Source of the DNA: Thecamonas trahens ATCC 50062
Taxonomy: Eukaryota > Protista > Apusomonadida
Direction: 5' to 3'
Assembly: GCF_000142905.1 (NCBI RefSeq)
Contig: NW_013657607.1
Coordinates: 1-64,000 of the forward strand
DNA length: 64,000 nucleotides
Positions 10,437-22,034 of the stretch are shown one piece after another. Made by a program: the position numbers and the translations under genes. Under the pieces are notes generated by a model. It was not told the origin of the DNA, did not search any database, and saw nothing but the letters and a program-made list of their open reading frames with translations. Positions within the stretch are counted from its first letter, which is position 1. The number at the start of each line of letters is the position of its first letter.

Positions 10437-10605
10437 GGCCTGCCGCTCGATGGCCATCAACCACCGGCCGACCTTCAACCCTCCCTACCGCGGGCATGAA
10501 ACACGCTACACGCGGTCTGCCGCCACGAGAACGACGCACATGGCATGTATATCAGTTGGTCCTCCATCTGTACCGCCCTCGCGTAGCGGTGGCGGCTGTA
10601 GGACG
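10437..10605. repeat. Direct repeat copy B (~169 bp)
   Basis: Partner of 8969-9136, in the same orientation. Confidence 0.93.
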
Positions 10606-10694
10606 TAGTGTAGCGAGGATGGCAGGGCTTTTACAAGCTGCATGCACTTGGTTCAAGTCTGTAGCCTGTCGTGATTGATCACCGGCGTCGCTGG

Positions 10695-12026
10695 TTACCA
10701 GCGAGTCATGGTAAACGTGGCGTAGAGGCCAAAGTGGTCGGATGGGACCATGGTTGATCCGTCCGATCCGACAAAGGATGTACGTCCGACGAGTTGGGAA
10801 CGGACGGCGCTGGCCATCTCCCACTTCCCACCGTGCCTGTTCGTCGAGTACAGAATGCGATCAAAGCGATGACGAAAGTGGGTTCCACGCTCAAACGAGT
10901 TCCGGTTGAGAGCATTGTCGGATGTCCACGTGTCGCCGCTTCGGACATCCGTCCAGTTGAGCAATCCGGCAAGGCGCTTGATACGGTCCCACTCGTGGTG
11001 GCGCACGTTGAGATCTCCACACACGAATGAAACGTCGACACCGATGTCACCGGTGTGCATGTTGTCCGAGATGCCGTTGGGCCCGTTGGATCCAAAGATG
11101 AAGATCCTCTCGTCGGCATCCCGCTCGACCAGAGTACTGCGGATCTGCCGCATCCGACACGTCGCTCCTTCCTTCATCGACTCGGCATGCAGCGTCGTGA
11201 GCGCCAGCCTCGGCCCGTCTCTTCCGCCGACTGCAACCACCAGCGTCTGCATCGCCCGCTCATGCGAAGATTCGAACGCGGTCACGGCATGGCCAATGAC
11301 ATGGACTTCGGCGACCTTGCGGACGCCCCAGAGAGTAACCGAGTCCAACGCCACATCGTTGCGGACAAACAGATCGTACTGGTCCGCCCACGGCTCTGTG
11401 CAGAGCAAATCGTACGTAGAGCCAAAGTCAGTCAGTCGGATCTCCTGCAGCGCTACAAACATAGGCGCGAGCTCGGCGATCTCCTTCCCCATCTCGTGCA
11501 TGCGCTCAGCCACGCACGGACTCGTCCAGCACACGTTCCAGGTGAGGATCGACATCTTCACGGCACGAGAGATATCGATGTGCTCCTCGACCTCGCCGGA
11601 CCCGATGATGCTGAACACTTGGTTGGGAGTAGGGAGAGGCTCCTGGTTGCTGGGAAGCGCTCGCCCGGATGCGAGGAAACGCTCCTCGGCAATCGTGTGC
11701 CCAACAAGAAGCTTCCAGCGCGACCGCCTAGTCTTAAGCTGCCGCGTTACAACCCGCATGACAACCACAGGGCACACCTCCCACATGCTTATCCTCTTCT
11801 TCTTCTTCTTCCCATCAGCTTCCTCATGAGCTCGCGGAGAGTCCGACTCGGTGGCGTCCGCCTCGCCGTCAGAGCTGTAGCTTGTATGGTCTTCGCCAGA
11901 ACTCGCCGCACACTCCCGGCGTCCGCATCCGGAGCACTTAGAGTTCACAACATACGCTGCAATGTCAGCATTGAGGCGGGCCAAGGTTTTGGCAAACGAT
12001 GGTCGGTACAACTCGTTGGCGGCCAT
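10695..12026 (-). CDS. Endonuclease/exonuclease/phosphatase (EEP) family protein, TDP2-like 5'-tyrosyl-DNA phosphodiesterase
   Basis: ILTWNV, FVALQEI, TTLHAES, CGDLNVR, RFDRILY and PSDHFGLYATF in the correct order; HxES and GDxNxR are TDP2-type. A basic KKKKKR patch lies in the N-terminal part. Start at MAANELYR. Confidence 0.85.
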   Translation of the reverse strand: MAANELYRPSFAKTLARLNADIAAYVVNSKCSGCGRRECAASSGEDHTSYSSDGEADATESDSPRAHEEADGKKKKKRISMWEVCPVVVMRVVTRQLKTRRSRWKLLVGHTIAEERFLASGRALPSNQEPLPTPNQVFSIIGSGEVEEHIDISRAVKMSILTWNVCWTSPCVAERMHEMGKEIAELAPMFVALQEIRLTDFGSTYDLLCTEPWADQYDLFVRNDVALDSVTLWGVRKVAEVHVIGHAVTAFESSHERAMQTLVVAVGGRDGPRLALTTLHAESMKEGATCRMRQIRSTLVERDADERIFIFGSNGPNGISDNMHTGDIGVDVSFVCGDLNVRHHEWDRIKRLAGLLNWTDVRSGDTWTSDNALNRNSFERGTHFRHRFDRILYSTNRHGGKWEMASAVRSQLVGRTSFVGSDGSTMVPSDHFGLYATFTMTRW

Positions 12027-12241
12027 GGTAAGAGGGGTGTGTGTAGCCGTTGCGGGCGACGTGCCGTTCCGGCGAATCTGTGTGTGCGGAGAAAAGCGAG
12101 GGCAGTTGCCTGATGTGAGGGCTGATCCGGTAGGTGGGTGATGGCCCACGACACGGACCTCCCCTTCCATCGGGTGTAGTGGCGGCAACTGATCACAACA
12201 ACAGCGCTACCAGATGATGGAGCACCTTTGCCATCACCAGG

Positions 12242-12568
12242 ATACTTCTGGCCATTGAGTTTGGACCCAAAGAGATCACGCGCTACGACTCAATGATGAG
12301 GTCGGTCGACAGCGGGCTGGCGGAGGCGCTCAAGGACTATGTGGTGCTGCAGGTGCAGCAAGAGACGGGCAGGAGGCCGAACATGGCGCAGTGGACCGTG
12401 GTCAAGCCCGCTGGCCTCCCGCAGCAGACCAACGGCTCCGACTGTGGGGTGTTTGTGCTGGTGTTTGCCGCACTCGTCGCCGCCGATGCCGCGGTCGTCG
12501 TCGGTCAGAGCGACGAGCTGGAACTGAGGCGTGCCATTGTGACAGCTCTGCTCCGCGGTAAACTCTAG
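12242..12568 (+). pseudogene. Ulp1/SENP (peptidase C48) C-terminal fragment
   Basis: ILLAIEFGPKEITRYDSM...PQQTNGSDCGVFV...LRRAIVTALLRGKL. The catalytic Asp region and the Gln/Cys motif are present; the catalytic His-Trp is absent and there is an in-frame stop at 12215. Confidence 0.85.
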
Positions 12569-12741
12569 AGTGTATCACGACTGGGTGAAGCGCGAGGCGG
12601 TGTGGTGGAAGAGGCCTTGTTGTCGATCCTCAGTTGCTTGACCAGCACGAAGAAGCTTGAAACTCTTTGTCTTTTGCCGACCGCGGCAAATGTCACGCGC
12701 CGGGTCAAGGCGGGGCGAGGTGGCGAACGTGGCTGCGGTGG

Positions 12742-12744
<3 letters not shown>

Positions 12745-12813
<69 letters not shown>
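12745..12813. repeat. (CT)n microsatellite
   Basis: Pure TC run about 40 bp upstream of the ATG at 12853. Confidence 0.99.
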
Positions 12814-12815
<2 letters not shown>

Positions 12816-12852
12816 CCAGACAAAACAGGTACTCGTGTCTGTGTGTAGAAGT

Positions 12853-14408
12853 ATGGCTGCTGCTTATGGTGTTGGTCGACGTGTTGAGCTGAGCCGTGTG
12901 AGGACGGTTGAGGAGGTGCGGAGGATGGTCGGCAATGGCGCCGGCGTGGCCGAGCTTGTGGGTCAACGTAACAACAACCTTACCGATGCCATGGTCGAGG
13001 TGGTGGCGGAGAAGTGTCCCAGCGTTGTCTCCATCGACTTGACGGCCTGCTCACAGATCACTGACTTGGCGGTGATCGCCATCGCAAACAGCTGCCCCAA
13101 TCTCGTCTCCCTCAATCTCAGCAAGTGCCGCAATATCACCGATGTTGCTGTCGACGCCATCGCAAACAGCTGCCCCCACCTCACCGACCTCGACCTAACC
13201 TGTTGCTTCAACATCACCGATGCGGCTGTTGTCGCTCTTGCTGCTGCCGGTCCTCACCTCACCGACCTCAAACTAGCATGCTGCCCCATCAACGACGCGG
13301 CTGTGATTGCAGTCGCCGGCAGCTGCGTCAACCTCGCCACCCTCAGCCTCGGGAGGTGCTCCATCACCGACGCGGCGGTTCTTGCCCTTGCTGCAGGCTG
13401 CCCCAACCTCACTGACCTCGACTTGGACAAATGTCCCAAGACGACTCTGGACTTAGACAGCGCACGCGACACCATCAACAAGCCGGGCTTCCTTACATCG
13501 GACTACCTCCCTGCGCTATTCTATGCTGTTGCCCAGGACAACAACCCGTCGGTCCTCGCTGCTCTCGCCAGAATCTGCGAGCGAGCCAGGTGGCCTTCTC
13601 TCATCAGCATGCTGGCTCGCAGCAGTGCCCTCGACAACGACACCCTCAGCACGCTCATCGATGGCGGGGTGGGTCTTTTTGATCTCGACGATGACGGCAA
13701 CCACGTGTACGTCTACTCGCCAGAGTCGTCCGCGGCAGCCATGGCCGGCCCTATGATCGAGTCGCTCAGGGCCGACGGCGACGGCGACGCAGAGCTGGCC
13801 AATGGGATCAACAAGGCCACGCTCGCGCTCTTCGTTGCCCTCCGCGCCGCCGACACCATCCCCTTCACCGTCCCAACCTTTGCTTTCCTCATCAACTCCG
13901 GTGCCGACATCAACGCCGTCGAGCCCGTCCTCGGCTTGCGTCCGCTCCACATCGCTGTCTCGCTCTCCAACATTCTGGCGACTATGGCGCTGCTGGCAGC
14001 GGGGCCGACATGTGGGCTGTGGGCGCCCGTGGCGAGACTGTGATGTCGATTGCCTTGGCTCTACTCAGCAAGGCTGAACGCGATACCAGCGCTGCGAGGG
14101 AGATCTACAGCCTCGTGGTGGGGACAGCGTCCGTCCCCGAGCGGGTCGCGCTCTACGTCCGCGAGTCCATCGCCGGCGGCAATATCGGCGCAGCAGGTGC
14201 GTCGGCTGGATCTGCGTCGCGTGTTGAAGAACTCAAAGTCGAGCTTGCGTCGACCAGGGCCGAGCTTGATGCCGCTAAGGCCGAGATCTCGCTCATGCAG
14301 GACAAGCTCGCCGTGGCCGAGGGCGAGATCAAGGCCTTCCGAGACGACCGTGCACAGATCATTGCCCGGTTCGAGGAGACTGTCGCCGCCTTTCAGGCCA
14401 GCCGTTGA
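12853..14408 (+). CDS. LRR + ankyrin-like + coiled-coil protein, paralog 2 (one frameshift at ~14003)
   Basis: About 6 diverged LRRs, then ELANGINKATLALF and LGLRPLHIAVSLSNI shared with paralog 1. Adding one G to the run at 14001-14004 restores AAGADMWAVGA and joins ORF 14010..14408, which ends AAFQASR like paralog 1. Confidence 0.85.
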
Positions 14409-14929
14409 GTCGTGCGCATCCCGTCTCAGCTCAGCGACGAAGCTCTCCGCGGTCTGCCGTGGACCCATCGCGAAGCCATCGTCAAGGCCAAGCTCGGGTC
14501 AGATGCCGAGTGGTCGAGCACGTTTGGCCAGCTCTCGCGAGACGAGGTCGACGTGCTGGCGCGCGTAGCGCGAGAGATGCTCAAGCCGCAGGCGTCCAAG
14601 CTGTACTCGCGACGGGATCGCGCTGCCTCGCTGCGCGCGGTTGTGCCGTGCTGGCTGGGGACGCAGTGGCAGCTGGGTGCCGCAATGTGAAGTGAAGGTG
14701 TAGCTTTCGTGTGGAGAGTTGGGGTGGAGCTGTTGTGGCCGTGGTGCCTGATCATCACGGATCAGGCTGATCACCAATGTATATGCTGAGCCATCCCCCT
14801 CCGCCACCACAGAGTCACGCTCTTGCTGACTCTACCCCTTCCGGCGCCTTTCCCCCTCCTCAACCCCGAATCCCAACCAAAAGTGTGCCTCAAGTCATGC
14901 CGTTTCTCATGCAAGTGGCTAGCACTCGT

Positions 14930-15125
14930 CCATCGGACTTTTGATTGAGTCGGACCGGGCCATCAACGACGGTGTACCGAGCATCACCATAGCCACACTA
15001 GCTCTCCTTATCACCTTCCGGGCCTTCGCCAACCGTTTGTTCTTGGCCAGCGTTGTCTCGGAGCTGATCACTGCTGGCGCAGAGGTCAACGCAGTTCAAA
15101 CAGCCCATCATTCATGTCGCGTTTT
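14930..15125 (+). pseudogene. Decayed fragment of the ankyrin-like module of the LRR family
   Basis: ITIATLALLITFRA...VVSELITAGAEVNAV matches INKATVALFVTLRA...IVSELITAGADVNAV at 23650-23760; the DNA cattcatgtcgcg is shared. Confidence 0.75.
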
Positions 15126-15253
15126 GTCTCCACAGCACGACGCTCCGTTGGCCAGCATTTTTCCCGCCGGGTCGTGGACTCGCGGTAGCCGCACACTCCA
15201 CTGCACTCTCACCCACGACTGTAGCGAACAAGACGTTGGGCTGCACAGGCGAC

Positions 15254-18200
15254 ATGCGTTGGAACAAGGGTGCATCTCGTGTCTGTGTGCGGGTGTGTGT
15301 GTTGGTGCTGGTGGTGTGCGTGCTGGTGAATGCTGTACTGGGTGGTGGGAGGAGGCACGCGCCGTGGCAAAAGCCTAACGTTCCCCGGTGCCGGGCCGAG
15401 GTTGAGTCAGTGCAGAACACCCTTGTGACGGCTTTGGGCGGTGCAGCGTCTTTGGCTTTGGCTGACATCGATGGAGATGGTGACCTGGACGTGGCGACGG
15501 CACGACCAGCGAACAGTGGGCGGTCCCCCAAGCCAACATTGGTTGGTACGAGAACACCAACGGAGCCGGAAACTTCGGGCCGAGGCAAGTTGTCAGCCCT
15601 GTAGTACGCGACGCGTGGTGTGTGATTGCGGCTGACATCGATGGAGATGGCGATATGGACCTGGCGTCGGCGTTGAGTGGGCCTGGTGCCTACGACGGCA
15701 CGATTGCGTGGTACAAGAACACGGACGGGGCGAGGAGATTTGGGTCGCAGCGAGTGGTGAGCACTGCAGCGTACCGTGCGCGGTCTGTGATTGCGGCTGA
15801 CATAGATGGAGATGGCGATCTGGACTTGGCATCGGCGTCGTCGGGGCGAAACGACAAGATTGCGTGGTATGAGAACACTGACGGGGCCGGAACCTTTGGG
15901 CCACAGCAGGTGGTGAGCACAACAGCGCTCGGTGCGTCGTGCGTGATCGCGGCTGACATGGATGGAGATGGCGATCTGGACCTGGCGTCGGCGTCGGCGG
16001 GCGACAACAAGATTGCGTGGTACGAGAACACCGACGGGGCCGGGAGCTTCGAGCCACAGCAAGTGGTGAGCACTGCAGCGCGCGGTGCGGCGTCTGTGAT
16101 TGCGGCTGACATGGATGGAGATGGAGACCTCGACCTGGCGTCTGCGTCACGCATCGACAACAAGATTGCCTGGTACGAGAACACCGATGGGGCCGGGAGC
16201 TTTGGGCCGCAGCAAGTGGTGAGCACTGCAGCGCGCGGTGCGTCGTCTGTGATTGCGGCTGACATGGATGGAGATGGCGATCTGGACCTGGCATCGGTGT
16301 CGTGGGGCGACGACAAGATTGCGTTGTACGAGAACACTGATGCAGCTGGGAGTTTTGGGCCACAGCAAGTGGTGAGCACGGCAGCGGACGGTGCGCGATT
16401 TGTGATTGCGGCTGACATGGATGGAGATGGCGATCTTGACCTGGTCTCGGCGTCCTCGTCTAAGATTTTCTGGTATGGAAGCGTTACCGCCCCTCGCGTA
16501 TTTGCTGCTCCACAGATAGTAGACCCTCGGCGCTGGTCATCTGTCACTCCTGCCGACATCGACGGAGATGGCCGTCTTGATTTGGTCGCCGCGTCTGCCG
16601 CCAACGGCACCATTGTTTGGTACGACAACACCGACGAGCCGGCCTCCTTTGCTCTTGCCCAGGTGGTGAGCTCGGCCGCGTTTGGCGTTCAGGTCGTCAT
16701 TGTTGCCGACATCGATGCTGATGGAGATCTTGACATTGTGGCCGCCTCAACGTCGGAGAGCACCATCGCTTGGTACCCAAACTCAAACGGTCTCGGCACG
16801 TTTGGCTCCGCGCAAGTGGTCACTACTGCCGCCCTTGGCGTCCGCTGCATCATTGCCGCCGACATCAATGGCGATGGCCGCATCGACTTGGCATACTGCT
16901 CACCCGCCGACAACGTCATCGCGTGGCTCCCTAACACGAACGATGTCGTCATGTTTGGCTCTGTGCAAGTGATTACCGACTCCGCTCCCGATGTCTGCTC
17001 CATCGCCGCCGCCGACATTAACGCCGACGGGCGTATCGACCTGGCATTTGCCTCGCCTTTGGACGGCACTGTTGCCTGGCACGCCAACAACGACAGCCTC
17101 GGTACTTTTCGCCCCAAGCAAGTGATCAGCAGTACCTTGGTAGGAGCTTCCTTGGTGGTCGCCGCCGACATCGACGCCGACAGTCGCGTCGACCTAGTGG
17201 CGGCTTCATCTTCGAGCAATGTCATCGTCTGGTACCGCAATCGCGACGGTCTTGGAGGGTTTGGATCACAGCGTTTGATAAGCAGATTCGCCAATGGTGT
17301 CGTGTCCGTTATTGTTGTGGACGTTGATGGCGACAGCGATCTCGATGTGGTTGCCGCGTTGTCTTCTGATAATTCTGCCAGTTGGTTCGAGAACGCTGGC
17401 CGTGGATCGTTTGCGAGGCCCCGGGTGGTGGCCGCAGGCGTTGAAGACGTCGCTTTAGTCACAGCCGGCGACCTCGATGCTGATGGCGACCTTGATGTTG
17501 TGGTGACGTCGAGTAGTCTTACATGGTGCTCGCAGCTTTCGCGTGATGCCCTTCGCCGCTACCCAGAGCAGCGTGCCGAACTCGGGGGATCCTCTCTATA
17601 CGCTTGTCGCTCGAGTTCGATGACCACCGACTGCATTGCTGCATCTGTTCGGGCCGTTCCGCCGTGTTCGATCGTCACTCTCAACCTTCCGGCAGGTACC
17701 TACATCTGCTCCTCAGGCACAGTCGAGCTGAGAACTGGAGTGCGCCTTGTCTCATCAGGCGATGTTGTCTTTGACTGTAGCGCTGCAGACAATCGGCTTT
17801 TCTCCGTTGGTACGCCGTCCGGTTTCCTCGAGCTATCCAACGCAACCATTGATTTCAGCGGCAAGTCGGCATTGGTAGCTTTTGGTGGGGGCCTGATGGT
17901 TGAGTCTGGCGGGCACGTCCACCTGTCGAACGTCACGCTCTCCAACTGTGCCTCCTCCACGCACGGCGGTGCTATCGGAGTCCGTGGTCTTGGATCGTTG
18001 TTGACAATGACTGGGGCTCGTCTCCTGGGCTCGCAGGCCTCGAGTCGGGGTGGTGCGCTGGCAGTGTTTGGCCATGCTTTTGCAGAAATCGAGGCCACGA
18101 CGTTTATCGACAACAAGGCTCGCGCTGGCGGCGGGCTCTTCGTCGATTCCACCGCCGACGTGACCTGCACGAGCTGTGTTTTTACAGGTAACTCGGCTGT

Positions 18201-21004
18201 TGAGTCAGGTGGTGCTGCTCTTATCCGACCTGAAGCAACAGTCGTCCTCGACGCGAACGTGATGGTCAACAACTCGGCCCATGTCGGTGGCGCTGTTGCC
18301 GTCCTCGGCGAAGATTACGACCGCGACCCCCTCGTCTCGTCCACTGCACATCTCCGCACCAGTACACTCGATCCGCGCACCCTCGCTCCGACTGCTACGT
18401 TTACCAATGCGATCCTGCGAAGCAACCGCGCGTACCGTGGCGGTGCCATCTATGCCTGCGATGCTGTCCTTTCCATCACCGGTGCCAGCACCTTCTGGTC
18501 TGACAACACCGCCTCTGTCTCGGACGGCATTGATGCAACAGCGGCTGATGTATTCCTCTGCCTCCCAGATAGCAGTCTCGGGTTTCCGTTTGATCGGACA
18601 AACGTGTCCGGCATCCCGTGGCTTTCGTTGGACCCGTCTGTACTTACACAGCTCACAATCGCCGCCATCTCGACAGCTCCCGCAGAGCTGGAGCTGGTTT
18701 CGAGTCCCCCGACAACAGTTCCTGTTGGTGAGCAGCTGCGTGGCGGCAGCGCCGCTCTCCGCGATGCTTTTGGCAGTCGAGTCACCTATCTCGATGTAGA
18801 TCTCCGCCTCGAAATTGACCCAACACCCAACCTCGTGGTCACTACCTCTATGGACATACCCTTTTCGGACACCGTAACTGAGTTCAACAGCTCGCCGCTG
18901 ACCATCGTTAACGGAGCCAGCAAGCTCCCAGTTGCGCCTTGGACAATCAGCATTCCAGCGCCTTTGGCAGCATACCAGATCAGCCGTATTTCGGGTAAGG
19001 CAACTCTTGTACCTGCCGACTGCGGCCCAGGAACGTACAGGACCTCCGGTGATATTTGCATCCCCTGCCCGTCCGCTCAGTACTCGACCACCACCAACGC
19101 CGCCAACTGCACCCACTGCCCAACCCGCACGACCTCGCCCAAGGGCACCGCCGATCCGGGAGCCTGCACCTGTGTCCCGGAGTCCTACGCCCTGACCCAT
19201 CCGGTCTCGCCCGCCACTGGCTGCACGCTGTGCCCGACGGGCGCGGTCTGCACGGGCACAACCTCGCTCCCACGGTCCGCTCCTGGCTTTTACTCGTCGT
19301 CGTCGCCGATCGAGTTCATCGCCTGCACCAGGTCGCCCACCGTCGCCGCGCGTCGGTGTCTGGGCGACGACGCCTGTGCACCTGGCCGCGACGGGCGGCT
19401 ATGCTCGCACTGCGCGGCGCGACACTACTCATCGTCCGACGGTGAGTGCAGGGTCTGTCCTGCGGTGACCGGCCCGGGCCCGGTTGTGGTCACCGCCCTC
19501 ATCTCGGTCGGCTTTGCACTGCTGCTCTTCCTCGTTCTCCTCCAGCGGCAGACGTCCTCATCAGGGACGATGCTGATCTCGGCGCAGTCGTACGGGCGCT
19601 GACAGGCGCCGAGCGCTGCCATCTAGTGCGTCAGACGCTGCGATGGGCACGGGTGCTCTGGCACGAGATCGCGTTGGTGGTACTCGAGATCGGCTTGCTC
19701 TTGGCCCTTGTCCTTGTCGGTCTCTGCGAGACGTTCGAAGTCGTGGTCCTCGGCCTTGGTCTCTCGGCCATGATCGCCTACCTTGTGGTCGACCGCATTC
19801 GCACTGCCCGCGCCTCCACTGCCGCCAGTCAACGCAAGCGCGCACTCATGCCCGCAATTGATCTTGATGACGTCTCTGTCGGCGCAACCTACACCCTCTA
19901 CCGCTCATCGTCGTCGTCGACAGACGAAGGGGAAGACGACGGCGTGGGCTTGGGTATGGGGACAGCTGCGGGGATGTCCGCACCCAAGGCCGGGACCGGA
20001 TCCGAGGTGCACCTGCTTGAGGCTGCCATCAAGACTCTGGTCGTCCATCTGCAGACTCTGGCTGCGCTCGTGGGCGTGTACGACCAGGTGGCGTGGTCCA
20101 AGTCGATGGAGGTGGTGGGCGCGCTAGTGTCGCGAACGACACTGCAGGTGACCGGGCTCGAGTGCAACGGCATCGACTTTGCCGGCGAGTATTATCTCTT
20201 TCTAGCGCTGCTACCTATACTCCTGGTGGCATTGGGTGCTGCCACCGTCATTGTCCGGGTCCTGCTTGCGTCGGCCGGGAGCAACAGTGAGGGCGTGGTC
20301 ATGGCAGGCGTGGCTCGGTCTAGGCGCGTTCGGACATTGGCAACGGCAGCGGGCAAGTATGCGCTCATCACGCTCTACTTTTCGTCTTTCCCATCGCTTC
20401 CAAGTCGCTAGCGCTATTTGCCTGTGTGCCCGAGAACGTCTCGCACCCGCGCGCATCGTACCTCGCCTCGGCGCCGTGGATGGCGTGCTGGCGCGGGCGC
20501 CATCTAGAGCTTGTGGTTGTCGCCGGCGTTGTGCTTGCCGCGATTGCGTGCACAGTAGCGTTTGTCGCAACTCGGATGTGGTATGCCATCAACGGCGCGG
20601 GGACCACGTCTGCTTACGCTTTTCTCTACACAGGCTTTACTGCTCAGGCGTGGTGGTTCGAGGGCGTGGTGCTCGGTCGTCGGTTCGGAGTGGCTGTCTT
20701 TGTCTCGATCCTGCCGCGCGGCTCGGTGTTTGTGGGACCGATGCTCCAGTGTGTGCTGTTGGCGTACCTGCTGGCCTTGGTCCTTATTCGGCCGTATCGG
20801 GCGGGGCTGGCGCTTCAACTGGAAATCGGGGCGGCGGTGATGGCACTTGTGTCGCTCATGCTCGTGTCGAGCATGGCTGAGACGGGCGAGACATCGTCAC
20901 TGGCGCTGATGACGCTCATGTTTATTGTCGGCAACGGATGCGTGGTAGTTGTCGGGGTCACCACGCTCCTCGTGCCGGCCATCAAAGCGCTTCGCGCCCT
21001 GTAA
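15254..21004 (+). CDS. Large receptor-like protein: signal peptide, FG-GAP/VCBS repeats, Pmp-like parallel beta-helix, Cys-rich repeats, multi-pass membrane domain (3 frameshifts)
   Basis: MRWNKG...VLVLVVCVLVNAVLG; about 13 ADxDGDGDLDL repeats; GGAI/GGAL/GGAV with FxxN motifs; CxxCP repeats; multiple hydrophobic helices. One added base at ~15527, ~19596 and ~20391 (all C or G runs) joins ORFs 15236, 15622, 19446 and 20426. Confidence 0.85.
15620..16475 (+). repeat. ~153-bp coding tandem repeat (FG-GAP units), about 6 copies
   Basis: gtgattgcggctgacatggatggagatggcgatctggacctggc and caagattgcgtggtacgagaacac recur with high DNA identity. Confidence 0.9.
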
Positions 21005-21036
21005 ATGCTTGCTGAATGCAGACGTATCCTGCACCG

Positions 21037-21158
21037 GCGGAGAAGTGTCCCAGCGCTGCCTCAATCGACTTGACGTCCTGCTCACAGATCACTGACTCGG
21101 CGGTGATTACCATCGCAAAAAGCTGCCCCAATCTCGTCTCCATCTCAGCAAGTGCCGC
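21037..21158 (+). pseudogene. Fragment of the N-terminal LRRs of paralog 2
   Basis: ggcggagaagtgtcccagcg...tgctcacagatcactgact...gctgccccaatctcgtctcc is a close copy of ~13005-13130. Confidence 0.85.
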
Positions 21159-21719
21159 TTCCTCCGGCCCAGCGCTGCTCGTCTGGGATGACCAGCTGGG
21201 CACTACTGTGGACGGGGGGCGTGTCCGTGACGTGCAGCTCGTCAACGCACTCGTGGTCTGGGCTCGTTTGCCGCCGAACAACAGGTTGCAGCATCGCATC
21301 AGCAGTGATGCTGCTCTCGGCGACTTGCACATGCACGCAACTGTCGCTCGTGGTATGCTCTCAGGCGTCCTTGGTATCAAGAGGAATGCCAAGATAGTAC
21401 TGGCCGCACATCCGCGCTCGCTCGGCGACGAGTCCACGTGGAAAGACATCTGAAGAGAGCGCGACAATCTCCACTGTGCGGCCCAGGCGTATGCGGCTCT
21501 TGATGTGGTAGCCATACTCTATCGGCAGAGAGCACGCGTGTATGCGTTTGTGTCCGTGATGCCACACGCCTTCCTCGGGATTGGCGCGGTCCGTGAGGAT
21601 CCAGGGTGCGACTGCTGGCTGAATGGGGACGTTGCCTTGCTTGTCCGCGACGGAGCGGGCGGAAGGGGCGGGCGGTGGCGGATGGTGGCAGGGCTTCCCG
21701 GCAGACGGGGGCAGGGAAG

Positions 21720-22034
21720 GGCACGACGTCACAGTGCCGAGATTGACGTCACAGTGCCGGGAGGACCAATGGAGGGTGACGGGGTGGTCTGACGGGGACG
21801 ATGGATATGTGACCATGGGGGGTGTACAGAGGGTGGTCGGGAGGATGTGTAAGTGGGCAATGAGTATGGTGGGGGTGTCTGAGTGGTGGAGGGAGCAATG
21901 ATAGTCCCGTCGAACACTTTCGGAGTGAATTTTTTTGGATGGCTTTGATTTCTGCCGAATGGCTGTGTGAGTGGGTGGGTGGCGGGGGGTATGGGGAAGG
22001 TGGGAAGGGTATATCTCTCTGTCTGACAGAGTGG
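21720..22034 (+). promoter_or_regulatory. Conserved upstream (promoter / 5' UTR) block of the LRR family
   Basis: Similar to the reverse complement of ~8412-8740 (gtctgagtrgtggagg, tttctgccgaNtggc, tatatctctctgt). Contains a duplicated gacgtcacagtgccg with TGACGTCA at 21744. Confidence 0.6.

Noticed and set aside
14412-14690. Small ORFs at 14412-14690, 21361-21816 and 25230-25933
   Set aside because: No recognisable motif or start context; cannot be supported as genes.
14746-14767. 8-bp hairpin gcctgatc/gatcaggc as a Helitron 3' end
   Set aside because: It is not followed by CTRR, and a short stem like this is expected by chance.
15622-17540. True integrin alpha
   Set aside because: There are too many FG-GAP units, no thigh/calf domains or GFFKR motif, and the C-terminus is multi-pass.
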